64,000 nt of DNA. It comes from Cyanobacteria bacterium J06626_4. Lineage in GTDB: Bacteria; Cyanobacteriota; Cyanobacteriia; Phormidesmidales; Phormidesmidaceae. How positions within the stretch are numbered: the stretch's first letter is position 1; every line of letters starts with the position of its first letter. The notes beneath the pieces are model-generated. The model saw nothing but the letters and a program-made list of their open reading frames with translations, did no database searches and was not told where the DNA came from. A program made the position numbers and the translations under genes. Of this stretch, positions 8,764 through 18,296 are shown piece after piece. The stretch is taken from the NCBI GenBank assembly GCA_038523235.1, contig JBCBJQ010000010.1:44124-108123 (forward strand), read 5' to 3'.

Positions 8764-11700
8764 ATGATTCGTCAAACTCCGCCCGCCAAGCAAGGCCTTT
8801 ACGATCCGCAGTTTGAGCATGATGCCTGTGGGGTCGGCTTTGTGGTGCAAATGAAAGGCCAAGCCTCTCACGACATCGTTGAGCAGGCGTTGACCATTTT
8901 GTTAAATCTCAATCATCGCGGCGCTGTCGGGGCTGAACCCAACACCGGGGATGGAGCAGGCATTTTGATGCAGTTGCCCCACAAATTCATGAAGAAGGTG
9001 GCGGCGGCTGAGGGGATTGATCTGCCCGAGCCGGGCCAGTACGGGGTGGGCATGATGTATGCCTCACCTGATGCGACGGTGCGCCAGCAAAGTCGGCAAA
9101 TTTTTGAAGAGATTGTCACGGCTGCGGGGCAATCGGTGTTGGGCTGGCGCGATGTGCCGACCAACAATGCCACGCTGGGAGAGACGGCGCAGGCGAGCGA
9201 ACCCTTTATGGAGCAGGTGTTCATTGGCCGCAGCCCTGACTTGGCGGACGAGTTGGCCTTTGAGCGCAAGCTCTATGTGATTCGCAAGCAGTCACACATG
9301 GCAACGCGACACTCCGGCATCGATCGCTACTGGTATCCGGCCAGCATTTCTTGCCGCACCATCGTTTATAAGGGCATGTTGATGCCGGTGCAGGTGGGCG
9401 AGTATTACCCCGACCTCAGCGATCCCGATGTCGAAAGCGCTTTGGGGCTGGTGCATTCCCGCTTTAGCACCAATACTTTTCCCAGTTGGGAGCGATCGCA
9501 CCCCTATCGCTACATCGCTCACAATGGCGAAATCAATACGATGCGCGGCAACATCAACTGGATGCACGCCCGCCAGTCAATGTTTGAGTCCGACTTGTTT
9601 GGGGACGATCTGAAAAAAGCGCAGCCCATTATCAATGTGGACGGCAGCGACTCCACCATTTTTGACAACACGTTGGAGATGCTGACGCTGTCTGGGCGAT
9701 CGCTGCCCCACGCCATGATGATGATGATTCCCGAGCCGTGGGCGGGGCACGAGTCGATGAGCGCCGAGAAAAAGGCGTTTTATGAATACCACGCCTGTCT
9801 GATGGAACCGTGGGATGGCCCCGCCTCGATCGCCTTTACCGACGGCACGATGATGGGGGCCGTGCTCGATCGCAACGGTCTGCGCCCCTCGCGCTACTAC
9901 GTCACGACAGATGATCGGGTGATCATGGCCTCGGAAGCTGGGGTGTTACCCGTGCCGCCGGAGGCAGTGGCCCAAAAAGGACGCTTGGAACCGGGTCGCA
10001 TGTTCTTGGTGGATACCAGTCAGGGCCGCATCGTCTCGGATGACGAGATTAAGCAGAGCATCGCCACGGAGCAGCCCTATCAGGCCTGGCTCGACCAAAA
10101 TTTGGTGAACCTGACGGATTTGCCCGGTCACGAACAGACTAATGGATCTAATGGCAAGCATCCCGCCCCGTCTGGTGATGCCGCCCCAGCCGCGCCGTTG
10201 GCGCAACGGCAACGGGCCTTTGGCTACACCTTCGAAGAGCTGCGGCTGCTGCTCTCGCCCATGGCCCAAAACGGCGTGGAGGCGATCGGAGCCATGGGCA
10301 CCGACACGCCGCTAGCCGTGCTGTCGAACCGACCGAAGCTGCTGTACGACTATTTTCAACAGCTGTTTGCTCAGGTGACGAACCCGCCGATCGACTCAAT
10401 TCGCGAAGCGATCGTGACGTCGCCGATTACCACTATCGGCAGCGAGCGCAATTTGCTGCAGCCCGAACCCGAGAGCTGTCGCCTGATCAAGCTGAACACG
10501 CCGGTGATCAGCAACGCCGAACTGGCCAAATTAAAGGCGATCGACAGTCCTCATTTCGCTTCGATCACGCTGCCGATGCTGTTCGATCCAAAAGCAGGCG
10601 TGACGGGACTGACGGCTGCTATTGACGCCCTTTGCCAGCAGGCCGATGCGGCGATCGCCGCCGGCACGAACATTCTCATTCTCAGCGATCGCGACATCAG
10701 CCCGACCCAGGCAGCGATTCCGGCACTGCTAGCGGTTTCCGGCCTGCATCACCATTTGATTCGCAACGGCACCCGCACCCGCGTCGGCCTCGTGCTGGAG
10801 TCGGGCGAACCGCGCGAAGTACATCACTATGCGGTGCTGTTGGGCTATGGCTGCGGCGCAATTAATCCCTACCTGGCCTTTGAAACCATTGACACCATGA
10901 TTGCCGACGGGGTGATCACCGGCGTAGACTTTGCCACTGCCTGCAAAAACTACATCAAGGCGGTGACCAAAGGGGTGATCAAAATTGGCTCCAAGATTGG
11001 CGTTTCCACGATTCAGAGCTATCGCGGCGCGCAGATCTTTGAGGCGATCGGGCTCGATTCCAGCGTGATTGATCAGTACTTCACCTGGACGGCCTCACGG
11101 CTAGAAGGGGCCGATCTAGCCGTGCTGGCTGAAGAAGCGGTGCTGCGCCACGGCCATGCTTTCCCTGATCGCGACCTGCCCGATCACACGCTAGATGTGG
11201 GCGGCGACTATCAATGGCGGAAAGACGGTGAAGCCCATCTGTTCAGTCCCACCACGATTCACACCCTGCAGCAGGCGGTGCGAGCCGGTGACTACGCCCT
11301 GTACAAACAGTATTCCGCTCAGATTAACGACCACGGCAAACAGTTCTTCCGCATTCGCGATCTGCTGGAATTTAAAGATCGGGAACCGATTCCCCTCGAA
11401 GCAGTGGAGCCGGTGGAGGCGATCATGAGTCGCTTCAAAACCGGGGCGATGAGCTACGGTTCCATCTCGAAGGAAACCCACGAAGCACTGGCGATCGCCA
11501 TGAATCGCATTGGCGGCAAGTCCAATACGGGTGAGGGCGGCGAAGATCCGGAGCGGTATACCTGGACGAATGAGCAGGGCGACTCGAAAAATAGCGCTAT
11601 CAAGCAGGTCGCTTCGGGACGCTTTGGCGTCACCAGCCTCTATCTATCCCAAGCGAAGGAACTGCAGATCAAGATGGCCCAAGGGGCCAAGCCGGGCGAA

Positions 11701-13389
11701 GGCGGTCAGCTCCCTGGTAAAAAGGTGTATCCCTGGATTGCTAAGGTGCGACACTCGACGCCTGGCGTGGGCCTAATTTCCCCACCGCCCCACCATGACA
11801 TCTATTCCATCGAAGACCTGGCGCAGCTGATCCATGACCTGAAGAACGCCAACCGTCAGGCGCGGGTCAGCGTCAAACTGGTGTCAGAGGTGGGCGTCGG
11901 CACAGTAGCCGCCGGAGTGGCTAAAGCCCACGCCGATGTGGTGCTGATCTCGGGCTTCGATGGCGGGACGGGCGCTTCGCCCCAGACCTCTATTAAGCAT
12001 GCCGGACTGCCCTGGGAATTGGGCCTGGCAGAAACCCACCAAACCCTGGTGCTGAACAACCTGCGCAGTCGCATCGCGGTAGAAACCGATGGCCAGATGA
12101 AAACGGGCCGCGACGTGGCGATCGCCACGCTGCTGGGGGCCGAAGAATACGGCTTCTCCACCGCCCCGCTGGTTTCCCTCGGCTGCATCATGATGCGGGT
12201 CTGTCACAAAAACACCTGCCCCGTTGGCGTCGCTACCCAAGATCCGGCCCTGCGCAAGAACTTCACCGGCGATCCGCAGCACACAGTCAATTTCATGACC
12301 TTCATTGCTCAGGAACTGCGGGAAATCATGGCGGAGCTGGGCTTCCGCACCATTAATGAAATGGTGGGCCGGACGGACGTGCTGGAACCGAAGCAGGCGA
12401 TCGACCATTGGAAAGCCAAGGGTGTGGATGTCTCCAAGATTCTGCATCAGCCGGAGGTGGGGCCAGAGGTGGGCCGCTACTGCCAAATCCCTCAGGATCA
12501 CGGCCTGGCCCAATCCCTCGACATGACGACGCTGCTAGATCTCTGTCAGCCTGCGATTGAAAAAGGCGAAAAGGTCAGCGCCACCCTACCCATCACCAAC
12601 GTGAATCGGGTCGTCGGCACCATCCTCGGCAACGAAATCAGCAAGCGCCATTGGGAGGGCCTACCGGAAGACACCGTGCAGCTGCACTTCCAGGGCAGCG
12701 CCGGACAGAGCTTCTCGGCCTTTGTGCCAAAGGGCGTGACGATGGAACTGGAAGGGGATGCTAACGACTACCTGGCCAAGGGCCTCAGTGGCGGCAAGGT
12801 GATCCTCTATCCGCCCGAGGCATCAACCTTTGTCGCGGAAGAGAACATCATCGCCGGTAATGTCGCCTTTTACGGTGCGACGGGGGGTGAAGCCTACATT
12901 CGTGGTCTCGCGGGTGAGCGCTTCTGCGTTCGCAACTCTGGCGTGCGGGCGGTGGTCGAAGGTGTCGGCGACCATGGCTGCGAATACATGACTGGTGGCA
13001 AGACGGTAATCATTGGCCCCACGGGACGCAACTTTGCGGCGGGCATGAGCGGCGGCGTCGCCTACGTGCTGGATGAAGCGGGGGATTTTGCCACCCGCTG
13101 CAACACCGAAATGGTGGATCTAGAACGGCTGGAAGACCCGGAGGAGATTCTGGAACTTCACGACATGATTCAGAACCATGTGAAGTACACGGGCAGCACC
13201 AAGGGCGATCGCGTCCTCACGGCTTGGAACGACACGGTGCCGAAATTTGTGAAGGTGATGCCCCGCGACTACAAGCGGGTGCTGCAGCACATTCAAAAGG
13301 CGCTCGCCGACGGTCTCGACGGCGACGATGCCCTGTCAGCTGCGTTTGAAGAAAACGCCCGCGACATCGCCCGCATCAGCGGCAGTTAA
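8764..13389 (+). CDS. gltB: Glutamate synthase large subunit (NADH-GOGAT)
   Basis: EHDACGVGF amidotransferase N-terminus, [32 protein letters not shown] cluster motif; followed by the small subunit gene. Confidence 0.97.
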   Translation: MIRQTPPAKQGLYDPQFEHDACGVGFVVQMKGQASHDIVEQALTILLNLNHRGAVGAEPNTGDGAGILMQLPHKFMKKVAAAEGIDLPEPGQYGVGMMYASPDATVRQQSRQIFEEIVTAAGQSVLGWRDVPTNNATLGETAQASEPFMEQVFIGRSPDLADELAFERKLYVIRKQSHMATRHSGIDRYWYPASISCRTIVYKGMLMPVQVGEYYPDLSDPDVESALGLVHSRFSTNTFPSWERSHPYRYIAHNGEINTMRGNINWMHARQSMFESDLFGDDLKKAQPIINVDGSDSTIFDNTLEMLTLSGRSLPHAMMMMIPEPWAGHESMSAEKKAFYEYHACLMEPWDGPASIAFTDGTMMGAVLDRNGLRPSRYYVTTDDRVIMASEAGVLPVPPEAVAQKGRLEPGRMFLVDTSQGRIVSDDEIKQSIATEQPYQAWLDQNLVNLTDLPGHEQTNGSNGKHPAPSGDAAPAAPLAQRQRAFGYTFEELRLLLSPMAQNGVEAIGAMGTDTPLAVLSNRPKLLYDYFQQLFAQVTNPPIDSIREAIVTSPITTIGSERNLLQPEPESCRLIKLNTPVISNAELAKLKAIDSPHFASITLPMLFDPKAGVTGLTAAIDALCQQADAAIAAGTNILILSDRDISPTQAAIPALLAVSGLHHHLIRNGTRTRVGLVLESGEPREVHHYAVLLGYGCGAINPYLAFETIDTMIADGVITGVDFATACKNYIKAVTKGVIKIGSKIGVSTIQSYRGAQIFEAIGLDSSVIDQYFTWTASRLEGADLAVLAEEAVLRHGHAFPDRDLPDHTLDVGGDYQWRKDGEAHLFSPTTIHTLQQAVRAGDYALYKQYSAQINDHGKQFFRIRDLLEFKDREPIPLEAVEPVEAIMSRFKTGAMSYGSISKETHEALAIAMNRIGGKSNTGEGGEDPERYTWTNEQGDSKNSAIKQVASGRFGVTSLYLSQAKELQIKMAQGAKPGEGGQLPGKKVYPWIAKVRHSTPGVGLISPPPHHDIYSIEDLAQLIHDLKNANRQARVSVKLVSEVGVGTVAAGVAKAHADVVLISGFDGGTGASPQTSIKHAGLPWELGLAETHQTLVLNNLRSRIAVETDGQMKTGRDVAIATLLGAEEYGFSTAPLVSLGCIMMRVCHKNTCPVGVATQDPALRKNFTGDPQHTVNFMTFIAQELREIMAELGFRTINEMVGRTDVLEPKQAIDHWKAKGVDVSKILHQPEVGPEVGRYCQIPQDHGLAQSLDMTTLLDLCQPAIEKGEKVSATLPITNVNRVVGTILGNEISKRHWEGLPEDTVQLHFQGSAGQSFSAFVPKGVTMELEGDANDYLAKGLSGGKVILYPPEASTFVAEENIIAGNVAFYGATGGEAYIRGLAGERFCVRNSGVRAVVEGVGDHGCEYMTGGKTVIIGPTGRNFAAGMSGGVAYVLDEAGDFATRCNTEMVDLERLEDPEEILELHDMIQNHVKYTGSTKGDRVLTAWNDTVPKFVKVMPRDYKRVLQHIQKALADGLDGDDALSAAFEENARDIARISGS

Positions 13390-13434
13390 CTGGGGTTGAC
13401 TGCGATGCCTGCCGGCAACTTACCGCCTGCGACA

Positions 13435-13494
13435 CCTCTCCTTATGAAGGAGAGATTTATCAACACTCCGATCCCTCTCCTTATGAAGGAGAGG
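13435..13494. repeat. Two copies of the REP-like palindrome cctctccttatgaaggagag(g)
   Basis: Copies at 13435-13454 and 13474-13494 in the gltB-gltD spacer. Confidence 0.8.
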
Positions 13495-13603
13495 CTAGGT
13501 GAGGTTCCTCAGGAGCTTGCATCTCCAACCCCGAAACCGACTGCCCATCAACTCTCTCGCTTCCCAACCAAGCACCCTTAACCCTTAACCACTCTCAAAC
13601 ATC

Positions 13604-15088
13604 ATGGGAAAACCAACCGGCTTTATGGAATTTCTGCGCGAGGCGGCTACCGAAGTGGCCCCCAGCGATCGCATCCGCAATTGGGATGAATTCCACCTGC
13701 ACATGCCCGAAGCAAGCTTGCAGACCCAGGGCGCGCGCTGCATGGATTGCGGCACCCCCTTCTGCCACACCGGCATGGAAATCAACCGCGCGGCGAGCGG
13801 TTGTCCCATCAATAACCTGATTCCCGAGTGGAATGACCTGATTTATCAGGGGCGTTGGCAGGAAGCGCTGGATCGCCTCCATAAAACCAATAACTTTCCT
13901 GAGTTCACCGGACGGGTCTGTCCCGCGCCCTGTGAAGGGGCCTGTGTACTGGGCATCATCGAGCCGCCGGTCACCATCAAAAACATCGAATATTCCATTG
14001 CTGAAAAGGGCTGGGAAGAAGGCTGGATTACGCCGCAGATTCCCAGTAAGCGGACGGGTAAAAAGGTGGCGATCGTGGGTTCTGGCCCCGCTGGGTTGTC
14101 CGCTGCGGCTCAGCTGAACTCTGCCGGTCATTGGGTGACGGTGTATGAGCGGAGCGATCGCCCCGGTGGCCTGCTGATGTACGGTATCCCCAACATGAAG
14201 CTAGAGAAAGAAAAGGTGGTGATGCGCCGCCTGGATGTGCTGGAAGCGGAGGGCGTCACCTTTGTCTGCAATACGGAAGTCGGCAAAGACCTGCCCACCG
14301 AGCAGCTGATGGATGATTTTGACGCGGTCGTCCTTTGCACTGGCTCCACTCGCCCCCGCGACCTCTCGATTAAAGGGCGCGATCTCAAGGGCATTCATTT
14401 CGCGATGGAGTTTCTCACGGCGAACACCCAGGCGGTATTGAACGGTGAACCGAGTGATAACTACATTTCTGCGGCGGGCAAAGATGTGGTGATTATTGGC
14501 GGGGGTGACACGGGCACCGACTGTGTGGGCACCTCGATTCGCCACGGCTGCAACAGCGTCACCCAGCTCGAAATCATGCCGAAGCCCCCCGTCGAACGCG
14601 CTGCCAATAATCCCTGGCCGGAGTGGCCCAAAATCTACCGCTTGGATTACGGGCAGGAAGAGGCAGCCGAGATGTTTGGCGATGACCCTCGGGCCTACAC
14701 TCGCACGGCCACGAAGTTTGAGGGCGATGAAAACGGTCAGCTCAAGGCTGTGCACACCGTACAGGTCGAGTGGGCGAAGGATGAAAACGGGCGCTTTATT
14801 CCCCAACACGTTGCTGGCACTGAAAAAGTGCTGCCTGCGCAACTGGTGCTGCTGGCGATGGGTTTCCTCGGCCCCGAACAGCCCATCATCGATGCCCTTG
14901 GCCTAGAGCAAGATGGCCGCAGCAACATCAAAGCAGAACATGAGCAATACACCACCAGCATTCCGGGTGTGTTTGCGGCGGGCGATTGCCGTCGCGGGCA
15001 AAGCCTGGTGGTTTGGGCGTTTAATGAAGGTCGGGGCGTGGCGCGGGAGTGCGATCGCTTCCTCATGGGCACCACCGAACTGCCTTAG
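13604..15088 (+). CDS. gltD: Glutamate synthase small subunit
   Basis: [10 protein letters not shown] start, [55 protein letters not shown]. Confidence 0.97.
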   Translation: MGKPTGFMEFLREAATEVAPSDRIRNWDEFHLHMPEASLQTQGARCMDCGTPFCHTGMEINRAASGCPINNLIPEWNDLIYQGRWQEALDRLHKTNNFPEFTGRVCPAPCEGACVLGIIEPPVTIKNIEYSIAEKGWEEGWITPQIPSKRTGKKVAIVGSGPAGLSAAAQLNSAGHWVTVYERSDRPGGLLMYGIPNMKLEKEKVVMRRLDVLEAEGVTFVCNTEVGKDLPTEQLMDDFDAVVLCTGSTRPRDLSIKGRDLKGIHFAMEFLTANTQAVLNGEPSDNYISAAGKDVVIIGGGDTGTDCVGTSIRHGCNSVTQLEIMPKPPVERAANNPWPEWPKIYRLDYGQEEAAEMFGDDPRAYTRTATKFEGDENGQLKAVHTVQVEWAKDENGRFIPQHVAGTEKVLPAQLVLLAMGFLGPEQPIIDALGLEQDGRSNIKAEHEQYTTSIPGVFAAGDCRRGQSLVVWAFNEGRGVARECDRFLMGTTELP

Positions 15089-15100
15089 CGCCTGCATCCA

Positions 15101-15142
15101 GGACCCCGGTTTCTTGAAGAAACCGGGGTCCTTTTTGGTTTT
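15101..15142 (+). terminator. Intrinsic terminator / REP-like hairpin after gltD
   Basis: Perfect 14-bp stem ggaccccggtttct-tga-agaaaccggggtcc followed by tttttggtttt. Confidence 0.75.
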
Positions 15143-15195
15143 GCTAAATTGAGAGGCAAGTCCGAGAGGTTTAACGTGTTGCATTGAGCAAGAGG

Positions 15196-15840
15196 ATGGC
15201 AACATCACCTGCCGCTGAAGCCCTGCCGATCGCTCCTGCAGAAAACCGAGTCGCCTTCCAGGGCATTGATTCAGTTGCCTACCAGCAAATGAAAGCCTTG
15301 CTCAATGAACGGACTCGGGCACGGCTAACGTACGATCGCGGCACCCTTGAAATTACGACGCCCTCAGAACTGCATGAGTTTTATGCCCGCTTGATCGAGC
15401 GCTTCATCGTCATTCTGGTGGTAGAACTCGGGCTGAAAATCAAAACCCTCGGCTCCACTACGCTGGATCGCGAGGACTTAGAGCGAGGAGCCGAACCCGA
15501 CAACGGTTATTACATTCAAAACCAACCTCGAGTTGTCGGACGCCCAATCAATTTAGAGACTGATCCGCCACCGGATTTAGTCGTCGAAGTCGATATTAAG
15601 CACACCAACATTGATAAGAACGCGCTCTATGCGGCGATGGGGGTACCGGAATTTTGGCGATTTAATGGCAAAGTTTGGCGCATTTACCAGTTAAGAGACG
15701 GCGAGTATGTCGAATGCGATCGCTCCCCGATATTCCCCAGCGTCGCTAAAGACGAACTCTATCAATTCCTCGTCACCTGCCAGCAAGATGAGGTTGCAGC
15801 GGAACTCGATTTGCGATCGCGTCTCAGACAGCAATCTTAG
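15196..15840 (+). CDS. Uma2 / DUF820 family endonuclease
   Basis: RLTYDRGTLEI, EPDNGYY, PPPDLVVEVDI, YAAMGVPEFWR motifs; AGAGG directly before the ATG at 15196. Confidence 0.9.
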   Translation: MATSPAAEALPIAPAENRVAFQGIDSVAYQQMKALLNERTRARLTYDRGTLEITTPSELHEFYARLIERFIVILVVELGLKIKTLGSTTLDREDLERGAEPDNGYYIQNQPRVVGRPINLETDPPPDLVVEVDIKHTNIDKNALYAAMGVPEFWRFNGKVWRIYQLRDGEYVECDRSPIFPSVAKDELYQFLVTCQQDEVAAELDLRSRLRQQS

Positions 15841-15977
15841 CAGTACCAAAGACCAATATTCTGATGCAGAGGATCACTTCCTCATGGGCACTACCGAACT
15901 CTCCTAGCGATCGCCCGAGGAATCGGGTTTCTAATAGTGCCTCTATCAGCTCAAAAAGGGAGGGAAGAAAACAGAGC

Positions 15978-16259
15978 ATGAACAGGACTCACGTAAAGAA
16001 AAGAAACCTACTCAAGTTGGCTTTTGCGCTCCTGATTTTATATGTGGTTATGGCTCTCCCAACAATTTTGTACCACTATTTTAGCTGGGATGGGTGTGTG
16101 CGTTTTGAACCTAGCGGTGAAATAAAATTTTGCTTTTCACCTGTAGAGCGTCTACAGATCGCTTTAACTATAGGGGTAATTGTCAGCTTACCCATCACTG
16201 TAGTGATATCGGTGTTTATCTTCTTTATAAGTACAATAATCCGAAGAAGGAATAGATAA
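15978..16259 (+). CDS. Small two-TM membrane protein
   Basis: ATG 15978 after a purine-rich stretch; two hydrophobic segments flanking a loop with two Cys; basic C-terminus; AT-rich. Confidence 0.6.
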   Translation: MNRTHVKKRNLLKLAFALLILYVVMALPTILYHYFSWDGCVRFEPSGEIKFCFSPVERLQIALTIGVIVSLPITVVISVFIFFISTIIRRRNR

Positions 16260-16314
16260 CTAACGTTTTGTCCTGAAGTTCTTTTATTCGAAGAAATTGA
16301 TTTTTCGTTGAAGC

Positions 16315-16626
16315 ATGAGCAATTCATCAAGAACCGGCTGATCTAGAATTGATGCCATAGCGGATGAGGATATTGACACCTCTAATACTCCACCTCTAGA
16401 AAGCAAATTCTTGGCCAAGGCTGAGTTACGAATGCCTGCTGCAGAGATATCTGTAGTGGCCGTCCCTGTCGATGCCGAAACTTTCATTTGGTTCCAAGCA
16501 AAAGGCAAAGAAGCAGAACAGCCTATGATCGCTGCTCTCAGAATTTACGCTGAGTCCCAAAAGCAAGCTACTCAATACAACAAAAATCCTGATCGCTTCC
16601 TCATAGGCACTACCGAACTGCCTTAA
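16315..16626 (+). pseudogene. BrnA-like antitoxin with a premature stop, read in frame into the third gltD-end copy
   Basis: MSNSSRTG*SRIDAIADEDIDTSNTPPL...VDAETFIWFQAKG...IAALRIYAE; TGA at 16339-16341 where family members usually have Trp; ends ...NPDRFLIGTTELP. Confidence 0.7.
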
Positions 16627-16725
16627 CGAAGATTCTGAGCTCTCATCGTGCTAAGGAGTGGCGATACCGGATTTGCCCGGCTGGGCAAACTGGCTCTACG
16701 AGACATTCGGTAAAGGATTAAAATT

Positions 16726-17166
16726 GTGACGCATTCGCCCAATAGAAAAAAGTCCATCCTTATGGGGGTGGCAGTGGCCATAGTGGGATTGCTGGGAGCT
16801 TCAGGTTGCACAAGCGCCAACCGCGATGCTGATGTTGCTAGCGTGCCTGCGCCCCCATCTGACGTACCTGTCGATATCTCAGGCTCACCAACAGTTCAAA
16901 ACATTGCAACCGACTTTGGCACGATGGTAGTGGTCGCCTTTCCAAACGGTGATTATCAAACTTGGTTCATTAGCAAGCAAGACGGAAGAGTTACGAGTCT
17001 AGGTCATAAAACCTCTATCGCAGCGAACCGTAGTACAGATCGAATGCATATTGATTACAACTCAGACATTTATACTGAGAGCCGCGGCGGTGATGGTAGG
17101 GGTTCCTCTAGTTCCGGTACATCTGAGGTTATCCTCGGTCCGTCTCCAACGCCTAGTGCGCAGTAA
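16726..17166 (+). CDS. Putative lipoprotein
   Basis: Basic N-terminus, hydrophobic stretch and lipobox LGASG-C; low-complexity tail. Confidence 0.65.
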   Translation: MTHSPNRKKSILMGVAVAIVGLLGASGCTSANRDADVASVPAPPSDVPVDISGSPTVQNIATDFGTMVVVAFPNGDYQTWFISKQDGRVTSLGHKTSIAANRSTDRMHIDYNSDIYTESRGGDGRGSSSSGTSEVILGPSPTPSAQ

Positions 17167-17167
17167 T

Positions 17168-17300
17168 GAGTATGGCGGCAAGGAGCTTTTAGCGGCTTAC
17201 CCAGACGTGGATTGGAAAGGAGCGAAAGGTACTCGCGATATTCTTAGCCACCATTACGATGATGTGGATGCAGAAGTGGTATTCGATATTTGCGAGGCAA
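17168..17300 (+). pseudogene. C-terminal fragment of a HepT/DUF86 (HEPN) ribonuclease toxin
   Basis: LLAAYPDVDWKGAKGTRDILSHHYDDVDAEVVFDIC contains the HEPN R-x4-H motif; no start or N-terminal half. Confidence 0.75.
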
Positions 17301-17381
17301 AGGACGATCACGATCGCTCAATTGCTATTCTCTAAGGGAGGTCGCATTGAGAGTGACTCGGTTCTAACAAAAATTGCTGGT

Positions 17382-17639
17382 ATGACTCAACCCTTTTTGA
17401 TGGGCGATCGCGTTCGCCTCAAGTCAGCTCCGCCCTATATCAAAACCGCTGACACCATGCCCATGCTGCGTCCTGGCGATTTAGTTGCCGTCGGCTCTGA
17501 AGGCGTGGTGACGGCTCAGAACCCTGGCGGTTCTTGGACGATCAAGTTCGACCAAGGCTCCTTCTTAGTCGATAGCGGCTATCTCGAAAAGGCCACGACT
17601 GAAACTGAGTCTGCCGAACCCCAGCCGTCAGCGGGATAA
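17382..17639 (+). CDS. sipA: SipA / DUF3148 family protein (NblS interactor)
   Basis: GDRVRL..PPYIKTADTMPMLRP.DLV.VG.EG signature. Confidence 0.8.
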   Translation: MTQPFLMGDRVRLKSAPPYIKTADTMPMLRPGDLVAVGSEGVVTAQNPGGSWTIKFDQGSFLVDSGYLEKATTETESAEPQPSAG

Positions 17640-17779
17640 GTCAGCTCCATGTGAAACTGCCTGGGTCAATAGCAATGCCGTCTTAGCTGTCGAGAATCAG
17701 CTGGGCTGGTTCTTGATGGATTGAGCGATCTCGTCTCGGTTAAGGTTCAGGGCAACTGGAGCGAGTCTCAAGTTGCCGA

Positions 17780-18223
17780 CTACTCGGATTTACGACTAGC
17801 CTGCTCAACTTGCTCAATCTCACTCAAGAGCGTCTTTAAGGTGAGGTTCACACCACCATCGGCCCGGCGTTCCAAATCCCATTGGCGAATCGTGTCCTTG
17901 AGATCGCCGTGCTCAAACAGGGCCATCAGCCGCGATTCGATCGCTTCATCAGCCTGATATTCCTCTAAAGAAGGGCCGACCACATCTTTCCACATGAGTC
18001 GAATCAGCGTTGACGGTTCCCCTTGATCCACACAATCGCAGAACCACTGCAAAATATCGAGTAGGCGTACCGTGGCTCGAATGCCGGGTGGAAACAGATA
18101 ATCCATCCCCTGACGACATTGGCAGTAGAAATCGATAAACGCTTGAGAAACGGGATCAGGATGAACCGCTTTCAGGGCTTGTACCTGAACGATCAAAGCT
18201 TTGGTGGCGTCAGTAATATCCAT
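17780..18223 (-). CDS. Hypothetical protein
   Basis: 147-aa ORF downstream of malQ with protein-like composition. Confidence 0.7.
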   Translation of the reverse strand: MDITDATKALIVQVQALKAVHPDPVSQAFIDFYCQCRQGMDYLFPPGIRATVRLLDILQWFCDCVDQGEPSTLIRLMWKDVVGPSLEEYQADEAIESRLMALFEHGDLKDTIRQWDLERRADGGVNLTLKTLLSEIEQVEQASRKSE

Positions 18224-18296
18224 CGGCTCAACGGCTCTTTAGATCGCAGCATGCCACGCCTCCTGACGGCGCATCTGTTCGCCAGAAGACATCAGT

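Larger units (their letters stand above)
15053..16626 (+). repeat. Three direct copies of the terminal 36 bp of gltD
   Basis: gatcgcttcctcatgggcaccaccgaactgccttag (15053-15088), gatcacttcctcatgggcactaccgaactctcctag (15872-15907), gatcgcttcctcataggcactaccgaactgccttaa (16591-16626); each is followed by CG. Confidence 0.93.

Noticed and set aside
8913..15208. Many antisense and alternate-frame ORFs inside gltB and gltD (similar ones occur in other long genes)
   Set aside because: Shadow ORFs expected in GC-rich coding DNA; no motifs
15053..16626. 36-bp direct repeats as a CRISPR array
   Set aside because: Intervals are 700-800 bp and contain genes, the repeat is coding sequence of gltD, and there are no cas genes
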